A stretch of 64,000 nt of DNA from Patescibacteria group bacterium. Lineage in GTDB: Bacteria; Patescibacteriota; Patescibacteriia; UBA1558; UBA10009. The notes beneath the pieces are model-generated. The model did no database searches. It saw only the letters and a program-made list of their open reading frames with translations, and had not been told where the DNA came from. The stretch lies in assembly GCA_018818425.1 (NCBI GenBank), contig JAHISB010000026.1:525-64524 (forward strand), given 5' to 3'. This document shows, one piece after another, positions 18,818 to 28,060 of this stretch. The translations under genes were made by a program, and so were the position numbers. Every line of letters starts with the position of its first letter. Position 1 is the first letter of the stretch.

Positions 18818-18958
18818 TCTTGCCTGTCATTGCGAGGACACTGAGCGAGCATAGCGAGTCGAAGTGGACGAAGCCAATCCCATTATTGAATGAACGTTCG
18901 TAATACAAGGGGATTGCTTCACCCCTTCGGGGTTCGCAATGACGGAAAGAGGCAAGGC
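18818..18958. repeat. long palindromic MITE (GTCATTGCGAG...GCAATCC...GGATTGC...CGCAATGAC family), copy 1
   Basis: homologous to 24219-24333 and 32461-32579. Confidence 0.8.
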
Positions 18959-18980
18959 CTGACCGAATCTTAAAAAATTC

Positions 18981-20585
18981 ATGAAAAATCCAGCAAAGCA
19001 AATCCTTCTAGACATCCTCAAAGCTCGTCCTAAATCTTACGATGATTTTTTAAATTTAAAAAAGAAATTCTCCGGCGAGCACGGCCTGCCGCCTGTAACC
19101 AATGCTACTTTAATCAAAGCGTGGAGTCAACTTCCTGCATCCATGCGCAATAGGCAGCCGGGCTGTCGGCTGCTGGGCTGGTTAACCAAACGCAAAACCA
19201 GAACGCTCTCCGGCGTCACCCCGATTACTGTTTTAACCAAGCCCTTTGCCTGCCCGGGCCAATGCCTTTACTGCCCCGCTGAACCGGGCATGCCCAAAAG
19301 CTATTTATCCAACGAACCGGCGGCCCAGCGCGCTAAAATAAACAAGTTTGACCCGGCCAGACAGGTGACAATGAGAATTCGGGCTTTGGAAGCCAATGGA
19401 CACGTGGTTGATAAAATTGAGCTGTTGATACTTGGCGGCTGTTACAATGCTTACACAAAAAAATATCAGGAACAGTTTATAAAAAAATGTTTTGATGTTT
19501 GTAATCAAAGAACTTCAAAAAATCTTGATGATGCTTTCAAAAAAAACGAAACTGCCAAATACAGAATAATCGGCGTAACCATAGAAACCCGGCCGGATTT
19601 GATTGATGAAGAACAAGTTAAATGGTTCAGAGAGCTGGGAGTAACTAGGGTCCAGCTGGGCGTCCAGCACTTAGATGACAAAATTTTAAAACTGGTTAAG
19701 CGCGGGCACGCCACAAAGCAGACAATTGAGGCGACAAAATTTTTAAAACAGGCCGGCTTCAAGATTGACTATCACATTATGCCCGATCTACCGAGTTCAA
19801 CGCCTCAAAAAGATTTAAAGATGTTCAAACAACTTTTTTCTGATAAAAATTTTCAGCCCGATCAGCTTAAAATTTATCCGACCGTTGTTAATGAGTTCGC
19901 GCCTTTGCACCGCTGGCTGACTTCGGGAAAATACAAGCCCTATTCAGAAAAAAAACTTTGGCATTTATTATTAAAGATGAAGTTGGCTGTCCCCTGTTAC
20001 GTCCGCATCAACAGATTGATAAGGGATATTCCTAAAGAGAGTATTATGGCCGGCAACAAGATTACCAACCTGCGTGAATTTTTACAGGCCGAGCTCCGGA
20101 AAAAAAATACGAAATGCAAATGCATCAGATGCCGCGAGGCCCGCGAAAATCTTGATGATTTAAAGAAAGCCAAACTTTTTACGGAAAAATACCGAGCGTC
20201 TGATGGCTTAGAATATTTTATCAGCTACGAAAGTAAAAATCGCGATAAGCTTTATTCTTTCATCAGATTAAGAATTAATGATGATGCCGATAATTTTCTG
20301 CCCGAACTCAAAGGCGCTGCCATTGTCAGGGAACTCCATACTTATGGACAGTTGATGCCAACGAACCCGCGCAGCCGACAGCCAAGCTGTCGGCTACCGA
20401 AAACCGCGGCCCAACACACCGGCCTGGGCAAACGTTTAATGAAAACTGCCGAAGAACTGGCTAAAAAACATGGATTGGTTAAAATTGCCGTAATCGCCGG
20501 CATCGGCGTTAGGCCGTATTATAAAAAACTGGGTTATGGATTGCAGGGAACATATATGGTAAAGCCCCTCACCACTATTAAATAA
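18981..20585 (+). CDS. elp3: tRNA uridine(34) acetyltransferase, Elp3 family (radical SAM + GNAT)
   Basis: RTLSGV, CPGQCLYCP, PKSY, ETRPD, KIYPT, CIRCRE, RELHTYG, QHTGLG. Confidence 0.93.
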   Translation: MKNPAKQILLDILKARPKSYDDFLNLKKKFSGEHGLPPVTNATLIKAWSQLPASMRNRQPGCRLLGWLTKRKTRTLSGVTPITVLTKPFACPGQCLYCPAEPGMPKSYLSNEPAAQRAKINKFDPARQVTMRIRALEANGHVVDKIELLILGGCYNAYTKKYQEQFIKKCFDVCNQRTSKNLDDAFKKNETAKYRIIGVTIETRPDLIDEEQVKWFRELGVTRVQLGVQHLDDKILKLVKRGHATKQTIEATKFLKQAGFKIDYHIMPDLPSSTPQKDLKMFKQLFSDKNFQPDQLKIYPTVVNEFAPLHRWLTSGKYKPYSEKKLWHLLLKMKLAVPCYVRINRLIRDIPKESIMAGNKITNLREFLQAELRKKNTKCKCIRCREARENLDDLKKAKLFTEKYRASDGLEYFISYESKNRDKLYSFIRLRINDDADNFLPELKGAAIVRELHTYGQLMPTNPRSRQPSCRLPKTAAQHTGLGKRLMKTAEELAKKHGLVKIAVIAGIGVRPYYKKLGYGLQGTYMVKPLTTIK

Positions 20586-20645
20586 ATAAGCTCTTGATTT
20601 ATAAAGTGGTGAGGGGTAAAATATTTACACTGATCCCTAAACACT

Positions 20646-21062
20646 ATGACTATGATACTGCCACCAAATTCCATTATTGCTGCCGGCCCGGTGATTATTG
20701 AAAAAATTGACGGCCGACTTTGCACTCTCCTAAACAAACGCAAAAAAACCGTTAACAAATCTGATCCCCGGTGGCAGTTTTGCGGCGGTGAAATGGAAGA
20801 TTTTGACGCTTCGCTCGAGGAAACTGTCAAACGCGAAGTTAAAGAAGAAATGGGTATTGATATTGAAATAGAACGTTTGCTAGATGTGATAGTTCAACGG
20901 CGTGATGACGGTTCTATAGCCGTACTGGTTCATTATTTAGCCAAACGAATTGGTGAAATAAAACCCGGCGATGATATTGAAGATTGGCGTTGGTTTCCGA
21001 TTGATGATTTGCCAAAGGATGTTGCGCCCAATGTAGAGCCGGTTATTAAAAAATTGAAATAA
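20646..21062 (+). CDS. NUDIX hydrolase
   Basis: GGEMEDFDASLEETVKREVKEEMG Nudix box. Confidence 0.85.
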   Translation: MTMILPPNSIIAAGPVIIEKIDGRLCTLLNKRKKTVNKSDPRWQFCGGEMEDFDASLEETVKREVKEEMGIDIEIERLLDVIVQRRDDGSIAVLVHYLAKRIGEIKPGDDIEDWRWFPIDDLPKDVAPNVEPVIKKLK

Positions 21063-21093
21063 ACTTACTAACTTAGCAATTTATTAACTTTTT

Positions 21094-22380
21094 ATGAAAC
21101 TTTCACAAACAGACAACAAACTCGCTCAACTTTTACAAGCCGAGTTAAACCGTCAGGAACACGGCTTGGAAATGATTCCTTCGGAAAATTTTGTTTCGCC
21201 GGCCGTGCTGGAAGCCCTGGGTTCCATCGGCACCAACAAATATTCCGAGGGCTACCCGGGCCGCAGATATTACGGCGGCTGCCAGTTTGTCGATCAAATA
21301 GAAAATTTAGCCATCGCAAGGGCTAAAAAAATATTTAATGTGGACCATGCCAATGTTCAGCCCTACTCCGGCTCGCCGGCCAACCTGGCTGTTTATTTTG
21401 CTTTGCTTGATGTCGGCGATACTGTTTTAGGTGCCAACCTTTCTTTTGGCGGGCATATGACCCATGGCTTAAAAGTGAATTTTTCCGGAACTTTATATAA
21501 AGCTGTAAATTACACAGCTGATAAAAACGGCTACTTGGATTTTGACGAAATCAGGAACTTGGCCAAAGAGCATGGGCCCAAAATGATTATTGCCGGCTAC
21601 ACCGCTTACCCCCGGATTATTGACTGGCAAAAATTCAGGGAAATTGCTGATGAGGTTGGCGCTTTTTTTATGGCCGACATTGCCCATATTGCCGGCCTGA
21701 TTATTGGCGGCCAGCATCCTTCGCCGACCAGAATTGCTGACGTAACTACAACTACGACTCATAAAACTTTAAGAGGACCAAGAGGGGCTATGATTCTTTC
21801 TAATGGCACAGTCTCTAATCCAGCCAAAAAAGTGGAACGAATCAAAGAAAATATTCCGACCCTTATTGACAGGGCAATTATCCCTGGTTTGCAGGGCGGG
21901 CCTCACAATCACACGACCGCCGCCATAGCCGTTGCCCTGCACGAGGCCTCTAAACCAGAGTTTAAAGACTATGCCAAGCAAATTGTTTTAAATGCCAAAG
22001 CTCTGGCCGAATCTTTAATGAATGAAGGAATAAAACTGGTTACTGACGGAACTGACAATCATTTGATGGTTGCCGATTTAAGCAGTCTTGGAGTCAGCGG
22101 CAAAGAGGCAGAGACAGCGCTTGATGAAGTTGGCATTACCGTTAATAAAAATACGGTGCCTTTTGATAAACGAAAACCTTTTGATCCTTCAGGCATCCGG
22201 CTGGGCACGCCGGCCTTAACTTCCCGCGGCTTTAAAGAAAATGACCTGAAAATTGTCGGCCAGCTGATCGCCAAACTTCTGAAGAATATTAATGATGCTT
22301 CAATAAAAGAAGGAATCAAAAAAACAGTCAAAGAACTGACTGATAAACATCCGCTTTATCCTGATTTAAAGTATAATTAG
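21094..22380 (+). CDS. glyA: serine hydroxymethyltransferase
   Basis: SENF, NKYSEGYPG, TTTTHKTLRGPRG, SGIRLGT. Confidence 0.97.
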   Translation: MKLSQTDNKLAQLLQAELNRQEHGLEMIPSENFVSPAVLEALGSIGTNKYSEGYPGRRYYGGCQFVDQIENLAIARAKKIFNVDHANVQPYSGSPANLAVYFALLDVGDTVLGANLSFGGHMTHGLKVNFSGTLYKAVNYTADKNGYLDFDEIRNLAKEHGPKMIIAGYTAYPRIIDWQKFREIADEVGAFFMADIAHIAGLIIGGQHPSPTRIADVTTTTTHKTLRGPRGAMILSNGTVSNPAKKVERIKENIPTLIDRAIIPGLQGGPHNHTTAAIAVALHEASKPEFKDYAKQIVLNAKALAESLMNEGIKLVTDGTDNHLMVADLSSLGVSGKEAETALDEVGITVNKNTVPFDKRKPFDPSGIRLGTPALTSRGFKENDLKIVGQLIAKLLKNINDASIKEGIKKTVKELTDKHPLYPDLKYN

Positions 22381-22515
22381 AAGATACAAGAAACAACCCA
22401 TGAGTAACAAACAAACCTTAAATTACAATCCCCGATTTAATCGGGGACAAATCTCAAACGTTTGAATTTTGAAAGTTGTAATTTGTTTGTATCTTGTTGG
22501 TTGTTTTTTGTTTCT
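22381..22515. repeat. inverted heptamer array with nested CCCCGATTTAATCGGGG hairpin
   Basis: AAGATACAAGAAACAA arm versus TTGTTTGTATCTTG arm. Confidence 0.7.
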
Positions 22516-22827
22516 TTAAACAATCCTCGTCTCCTGAACCAACCAATCTTTATATTTCTTTTCCACCTGATCAACTGACAATTTGATAATACACGGCATT
22601 TCGTAGCTGTGTATTTTTTTAATGACTGATTCTATTTTTTTATAATAATTTTTTCTGGTTTTTAAAATCATAGCTGCTTCTTTATCATCAACTACTTTGT
22701 CTTTCCAGCGGTAGATTGATTCAATTGGCCACCAATTGGCGCAGGCAATCAGTTTTAACTTTAAAAGCATGGCCGCAATTTTTTTGGCTTCTGTTTTGTT
22801 TTTACAAACGGTATAGATTAATATCAT
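22516..22827 (-). CDS. cutA: divalent-cation tolerance protein CutA
   Basis: LIACAN, SIYRW, HSYEMPCI. Confidence 0.92.
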   Translation of the reverse strand: MILIYTVCKNKTEAKKIAAMLLKLKLIACANWWPIESIYRWKDKVVDDKEAAMILKTRKNYYKKIESVIKKIHSYEMPCIIKLSVDQVEKKYKDWLVQETRIV

Positions 22828-22835
22828 AATGAATA

Positions 22836-22940
22836 TAGAATTTCGAATTTCGAATTCTGAATTTCGATTAAATTTCGAATAATCTAATTTCGAAATTCAA
22901 TATTTAATCGAAATTAGGTCAATTCAAAATTCAGAATTAT
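22836..22940. repeat. GAATTTC heptamer inverted array
   Basis: gaatttc repeats then cgaaatt/aaattca repeats; same type at 39855-39966. Confidence 0.75.
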
Positions 22941-22943
22941 CAT

Positions 22944-23360
22944 CTATTGATTCATCAACGGCGAATAAAACTTTATCAATTGCCCTTCGGTATTAAACTC
23001 AATAAAATTCCGGGCCCGGCCTTCGCGGTAAGCTGAACATTGGTTCTCCGGCAAGTCATCAACTTCTTCCCGGGGATAATGGGCAATATCCAAAACCCAC
23101 ATGGTTTCGGAATAATCGGGGTTGCCGTGCAGATCGTTGGCTAAGCAGGGACCGGCTGATAAATCCACGCCATCGGCCACGGCCCGCTGATAAATCTCAA
23201 CCGCTTTTTGCAAAGCAATCTGATACTCCAAAGCCATATTTAAATTAGAAACATTCAGCGGCTTTTTCTCCGCTTCCTGCTGATTGGCACAACCCGCAGC
23301 CAAAACCCCAACGATAATCAATAATATAAGGATTCGTGAATATTCGCGAATTCGTGACAT
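22944..23360 (-). CDS. hypothetical lipoprotein
   Basis: lipobox-like LAAGC; Cys pair. Confidence 0.65.
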   Translation of the reverse strand: MSRIREYSRILILLIIVGVLAAGCANQQEAEKKPLNVSNLNMALEYQIALQKAVEIYQRAVADGVDLSAGPCLANDLHGNPDYSETMWVLDIAHYPREEVDDLPENQCSAYREGRARNFIEFNTEGQLIKFYSPLMNQ

Positions 23361-23402
23361 ATTAGTGAGTATATTAGTGAATTATTAGAGATATATTAGT
23401 GT

Positions 23403-24179
23403 TTAAAATAACTTGGTTTGCCAATTATTCTGCCGGCCAATAGTATTTATCTTAAGAATCTTATCAATATTAAAAAATCTGATTCCCTGCTTTAAATGAC
23501 AATAGGCCTGAATTTGTTCGTTTTTAATTAGTTTAACATCAATTCTTCTTAAGCCGCGCTCCTCGGTTTCGGTTCTTAAATAATCAATTTCAATCTGTTC
23601 GCCGTTGCGGTAAGCCATGGCCAGCCGCTCTTTAACGGTTGCGCCGTTGCCCCAGCGCACCGGGATAGTTTCCCTCCGGCCCATGTTTTCGTACCATAAG
23701 TGGCCGTGCTGGCGCCCGTATTCATAAATTTCCCGCGTGACCCTGACATCGTCTAAGCAGTACTTTTCCAGCTTGTCCCACTGGTTATTTTTATAATACC
23801 ATAAAGCGTCCAGTCCTGTCCCGGACTTGCCTTCACCCAAAGTGGTTCTGGCGATTGAATCTAACTTCAAACGATGGCCTAAAGCATGGTAAACTTCTTC
23901 TAAAATATCTAAATGGGGCAGCTTACTTAATTTAAATTTAAAATATGGCTGAAGAACTGTAAAATCAAAACTCTTGCTGTTAAAGCCGATGATTAGCGAG
24001 GCCGATTTAAGAAGCTGGCCCAGTTCCTTGAATTCCTCTTCCTTATAAGCCCTGAATTCATCTTTATCATAAGAATAAACCCCGCACAGCGAAACTTCCA
24101 GATCCTTGGCCTTATGCTGTCCGCCCACTTCTTCAAATGATTTTTTGGTCTCAAGGTCTAAGACAATTTTATCGCTCAT
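23403..24179 (-). CDS. RNase H-like (YprB/DEDD) exonuclease with C-terminal WYL-like domain
   Basis: VLDLET, GFNSKSFD, YCLDDV; IDY...RRID...AYCHLKQGIRFFNIDKI. Confidence 0.8.
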   Translation of the reverse strand: MSDKIVLDLETKKSFEEVGGQHKAKDLEVSLCGVYSYDKDEFRAYKEEEFKELGQLLKSASLIIGFNSKSFDFTVLQPYFKFKLSKLPHLDILEEVYHALGHRLKLDSIARTTLGEGKSGTGLDALWYYKNNQWDKLEKYCLDDVRVTREIYEYGRQHGHLWYENMGRRETIPVRWGNGATVKERLAMAYRNGEQIEIDYLRTETEERGLRRIDVKLIKNEQIQAYCHLKQGIRFFNIDKILKINTIGRQNNWQTKLF

Positions 24180-24218
24180 AATTTTTTATTGATTGATAGA
24201 AGGTCTTACCCTCCTTTG

Positions 24219-24333
24219 TTATTGTGAGGAGCGGAGCGACGAAGCAATCCCCTTACAAAACGAACGTTCTTGGGCAATGGGATTGCTTCGTCCACTTCGA
24301 CTCGCTATGCTCGCTCAGTGTCCTCGCAATGAC
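24219..24333. repeat. long palindromic MITE, copy 2
   Basis: GAAGCAATCC...GGATTGCTTC...CGCAATGAC. Confidence 0.8.
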
Positions 24334-24342
24334 AAGTAAGGC

Positions 24343-24678
24343 CTATTCTGAATTATTAAAATACTCCTTCGCTCTTTCCACATCTTCCTGAATTTTTTTC
24401 AACAAATCTTCTTTTTTTTCATACTTAACCAAATCTCTCATTTTATCCAAAACTTCAACTTCCAAGGTTTGGTTATACAAATCTCCGTCAAAGTCTAAAA
24501 GATAAATTTCTATATCTTGGCGAATGCCCATAATTGCCATGGCCGAATATTCTTTATTTTGATAAATAACTTTTGCCAAATAAACGCCGTCTGCTAAATC
24601 AAACCGCTGATCAACTTTCAAATTGGCGGTTTTATAGCCCAGGCCAGCTCCTTTGATGACTTTTCCCCTGATTTTCAT
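24343..24678 (-). CDS. stand-alone riboflavin kinase
   Basis: GKVIKG, GYKTANL, GVY, LLDFDGDLY, IQEDV. Confidence 0.85.
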   Translation of the reverse strand: MKIRGKVIKGAGLGYKTANLKVDQRFDLADGVYLAKVIYQNKEYSAMAIMGIRQDIEIYLLDFDGDLYNQTLEVEVLDKMRDLVKYEKKEDLLKKIQEDVERAKEYFNNSE

Positions 24679-24777
24679 AAAAAAGAAAGTCTAAATTATT
24701 AGACCCAAGATGTTGGTATTGTAACATATTTTGATAAAATAATGAATATTCCTAAAAAATTTTCCACAACCCACCTT

Positions 24778-24806
24778 TTGACAAACTTAAGTTAATTGGT
24801 TAATAT
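24778..24806 (+). promoter_or_regulatory. sigma70 promoter
   Basis: TTGACA-17-TAATAT. Confidence 0.65.
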
Positions 24807-24811
24807 AAAAT

Positions 24812-25060
24812 AGCATTGCCTCACTATCTCACTGTGAGGGCAACGGCGTTCATCATCTTCAATCATCCAAGGAGGAGGAATGAAGACCATCCCATGTGTT
24901 GTGCACAGCCCTCCGGACACGAGTCCGTTTCCATGGTTGACGTTTGGATCACGACGCGCGGCGCTGCCGCACCCTTCGGACACAGCGCACTGATGTTGCG
25001 CTGATACCCACACACCGCGGATAACGGGGTCGCTAAAGGAGGCGACCCCAATTTTTATTT
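24812..25060 (+). ncRNA. candidate structured RNA or small-peptide mRNA
   Basis: own promoter, several hairpins, terminator GGGGTCGC...GCGACCCC; 37-aa ORF at 24880-24993. Confidence 0.45.
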
Positions 25061-25071
25061 TAAAAATCTTA

Positions 25072-27111
25072 TTACACTTCCGGCAGATACTGCACCTCGC
25101 CGTCATTCAAATCTTCCAAATCAGAATCATTATGATTATCAACGAGATTGACTTCTTCCAGCAAGCTCTTTTTTATTTCCCGCAAAAACTGCGAAGGCGT
25201 ATTCAAATACATTGAGGAGTAATCGCTGGTTAGGGGATAAGAAAAAAATAACTGTTTTTGAGCTCTAGTAATAGCCACGTAGAACAGACGGCGTTCCTCT
25301 TCCAGGCCTCCTTCTTCGGCCAAGGCCCGACGGTTCGGGAAAGCTGTATCAATTAAATTGATGACAAAAACCACTTCCCATTCCAAACCCTTGGCTTGAT
25401 GAATGGTGGTAAGTATCAAACGCTCATCTTCCGCTGTATCGGGCTTGGCTCTTTCTACGGCAAACGATTCCTGCAAGGTCACTTCGGCTAAAAAAGAGTT
25501 AAGGTCTTTATAGCTTTCAGCGAACTTGGCCAGTTGTTCAAGATCCTCCAAACGCTCTTTCCAGTTTGGAAACTGTGATTCTAAATAGTTTTGATAATCT
25601 GACTTAGCAATTATTCGGATAAACTCCGACGGACCATTATCCTTAATCCTTAATCCTAAATCCTTAAAGATTCCAACCAACGCCTCCCAGCCAACCTTTG
25701 CCTTAGGAGTTAAAACATCGGAGAGGTCGGCTTCAATACATTTGATGATGCAATCCAGACCTTTGATTCGCTGAAAAATCTTTGAGCCGGTGATATCGCC
25801 AATGCCCACCTGCAAATTCAAAACCCGTAGCCACGAAACTTCTTCTTTGGGGTTGTTGATGATTTTAAGAAAAGCGATGATATCTTTGATGTGCGCCCGT
25901 TCAAAAAACCTGACTCCGCCGCGATAATCGTAAGGAATGTCGCGCTTGGTCAGTTCAAACTCCAATTCCTGCGAATGATGAGCCGCTCTGAACATTACCG
26001 CCATTTTATTCATTGCTATGCCTTCGTCCCTTAATTGCAAAATCATCTGGCTGATGAATTCTGCTTCCTGCCTGGCCGAGGTGGAAGGTACCAAATTCGG
26101 CTTGACGAATTTTTTGAGTTTAGGAATTAAAACTTTGGGATACTGCTGAATATTTTTTTTGATGACCTCGTTGGCCACGTCCAGAATTTCCGGGGTGGAA
26201 CGATAATTGGTCTGCAGTTTAAAAATCGCGGCCTCTTTGAAAATCTTGGGAAAGTTTAAAATGTTGCCGATGTCGGCGGCTCTAAACGAATAAATGCTCT
26301 GCGCATCATCGCCCACCACCAAAACATTATTATGGACCGAAGCCAGCTGATTGATGATTTCGGCCTGAAGGTAATTGGTGTCCTGATACTCATCAACCAG
26401 AATATAATGAAACTGGGCCGCTAGGCGGTCTTTGATGTTTTGATTTTCTCGCAGAAGCTTTAGCCAGTTAATCAGCAAATCATCAAAATCCATGGCATTA
26501 GCCACTTTCTTTTTATGGCGGTATCTTTCGGCGATTAACTTGATCTGCTCTTCTATTTCCAGCCACTTGGGATGTTTAAGCTCAATAACTTCTGTTAAAG
26601 ATGTTTGGGAATTTTTGCTGTAACTTATTAAATCCTTAAGCACCGCCGCCGAGGGAAAACGCCTGGCTTTGGGGTCTATGCCCTCCTCTTTAATACAAAC
26701 CTTGATTAAATCTCTGCTGTCTTCTTCATCAAGAATAGAAAAGTTTGACTGATAGCCGAGTTGCTTGGCGTATTTTCTCAGTATTCGATTACCAATGTGA
26801 TGAAAAGTGCCGCCCCAAAGTTTTTCCGGATATCTGCCTAATAGTGAAGCAACCCGAGTCAGCATTTCTTTAGCCGCCTTGTTGGTAAAGGTGACCAGCA
26901 GAATATTTTCTGGTTTGACTCCCCGTTCGATTAAATAGGCCACGCGATAAACAATGGTCCGGGTTTTGCCGCTGCCTGCTCCGGCCAAGACTAAACAAGG
27001 CCCCTCGGCTTGAGTTACGACCTTGTATTGCTCATCATTTAATTCTGATTGATAGTCTACTTTGAGCTTCTTAATATCTATTGGTTTTTTTAAAACTATG
27101 GTTTTGGTCAT
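25072..27111 (-). CDS. uvrD: UvrD/PcrA ATP-dependent helicase
   Basis: AGAGSGKT, TFTNKAA, VDEYQD, VGDDAQSIY, TIHQAKGLE, EERRLFYVA. Confidence 0.95.
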   Translation of the reverse strand: MTKTIVLKKPIDIKKLKVDYQSELNDEQYKVVTQAEGPCLVLAGAGSGKTRTIVYRVAYLIERGVKPENILLVTFTNKAAKEMLTRVASLLGRYPEKLWGGTFHHIGNRILRKYAKQLGYQSNFSILDEEDSRDLIKVCIKEEGIDPKARRFPSAAVLKDLISYSKNSQTSLTEVIELKHPKWLEIEEQIKLIAERYRHKKKVANAMDFDDLLINWLKLLRENQNIKDRLAAQFHYILVDEYQDTNYLQAEIINQLASVHNNVLVVGDDAQSIYSFRAADIGNILNFPKIFKEAAIFKLQTNYRSTPEILDVANEVIKKNIQQYPKVLIPKLKKFVKPNLVPSTSARQEAEFISQMILQLRDEGIAMNKMAVMFRAAHHSQELEFELTKRDIPYDYRGGVRFFERAHIKDIIAFLKIINNPKEEVSWLRVLNLQVGIGDITGSKIFQRIKGLDCIIKCIEADLSDVLTPKAKVGWEALVGIFKDLGLRIKDNGPSEFIRIIAKSDYQNYLESQFPNWKERLEDLEQLAKFAESYKDLNSFLAEVTLQESFAVERAKPDTAEDERLILTTIHQAKGLEWEVVFVINLIDTAFPNRRALAEEGGLEEERRLFYVAITRAQKQLFFSYPLTSDYSSMYLNTPSQFLREIKKSLLEEVNLVDNHNDSDLEDLNDGEVQYLPEV

Positions 27112-27245
27112 TGGCTGAAAAATTTAGCAGATAATTCCTTAAGCTTCTGCTCAACTTCTTCGGGATTAGAAAAAGCCCGGCGAATTTTGGCCTTTTCGCG
27201 CCTAATATACTTTCTGACTGATTTTGGCAGTTTGCTTTTGGTCAT
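27108..27245 (-). CDS. small basic protein (45 aa), translationally coupled to uvrD
   Basis: MTKSKLPKSVRKYIRREKAKIRR...; ATGA overlap with uvrD; absent from the ORF track. Confidence 0.65.
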   Translation of the reverse strand: MTKSKLPKSVRKYIRREKAKIRRAFSNPEEVEQKLKELSAKFFSQ

Positions 27246-27353
27246 AAATAAAATTTTCATTTACTCCGTGCTTAACAACAAGTTACAACAAGTAACTATA
27301 AGTAACTTGTTGTAACTTGTAGTAACTTATCGTTGCTTCAAAATAACACCATT

Positions 27354-27929
27354 CTACTTGTTTCTCACCTGTACCTCGTAGATAATCTGCTCCAAACGTT
27401 TAAGGTTTCTCTTGGCATCATCAAACTTCTGGCGGCATTGCCCTGATAAATACAAAGTTAAAAGATAACCGACGATTTCTTCGGTAAAAATTTTATACTT
27501 CTTTAAAACCTGGTAGTTGCCCCTGGTGGCCTGCAGAACCGCCTGGCGGACCAGTTCGCCGGTTAAATCGGCCAGACCGTTGATGTATTCTTCCGGCCCG
27601 ATGGTTTCTATCCCCAGCTTGTCCAAAGCTTTGCCCGAAAGAACCTGATGAAACGTTTTGGCTTCTACATATTCTTCCATCGCCGCTTTGTAACTGCCTT
27701 CAAACCTTAAACGATTGTTTTTATTATAGGTTCTGTTTAATTTTTTTAATAAAGATTCTGCCTCTTTGATATTCTCCTTGGCCTGCTTTTCGTCCAGCCG
27801 GTGCAAAGCAAAAATAGCAGTTTTAGATTTTTGAAGAATCCGGCGGGATTCGCCGATAATTTCGTTGCGCTCTTTTTGGTAAAGTTCCAGATCTTTTTTA
27901 ATTTTGGAAAGAAATGATTTTTTAATCAT
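27354..27929 (-). CDS. translin/TRAX family protein
   Basis: SKTAIFALHR, EEYVEA, YINGLADLTGELVR. Confidence 0.88.
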   Translation of the reverse strand: MIKKSFLSKIKKDLELYQKERNEIIGESRRILQKSKTAIFALHRLDEKQAKENIKEAESLLKKLNRTYNKNNRLRFEGSYKAAMEEYVEAKTFHQVLSGKALDKLGIETIGPEEYINGLADLTGELVRQAVLQATRGNYQVLKKYKIFTEEIVGYLLTLYLSGQCRQKFDDAKRNLKRLEQIIYEVQVRNK

Positions 27930-28060
27930 AATAAGTTGAATAAGTTGTTAAGTTAATATCCAGTCTTAAGTTTTCAATTTTCAGTTTTTAATTTTCAATC
28001 TTCAGTCTTCTAATCCTTCAATCCTCAATCCTCAGTCCTCAGTCCTCAATCCTCAATCTT
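27930..28060. repeat. heptamer array (TCCTCAR/TTTTCAR) running into the fxsA 3' end
   Basis: tcctcaa tcctcag tcctcag tcctcaa. Confidence 0.75.
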
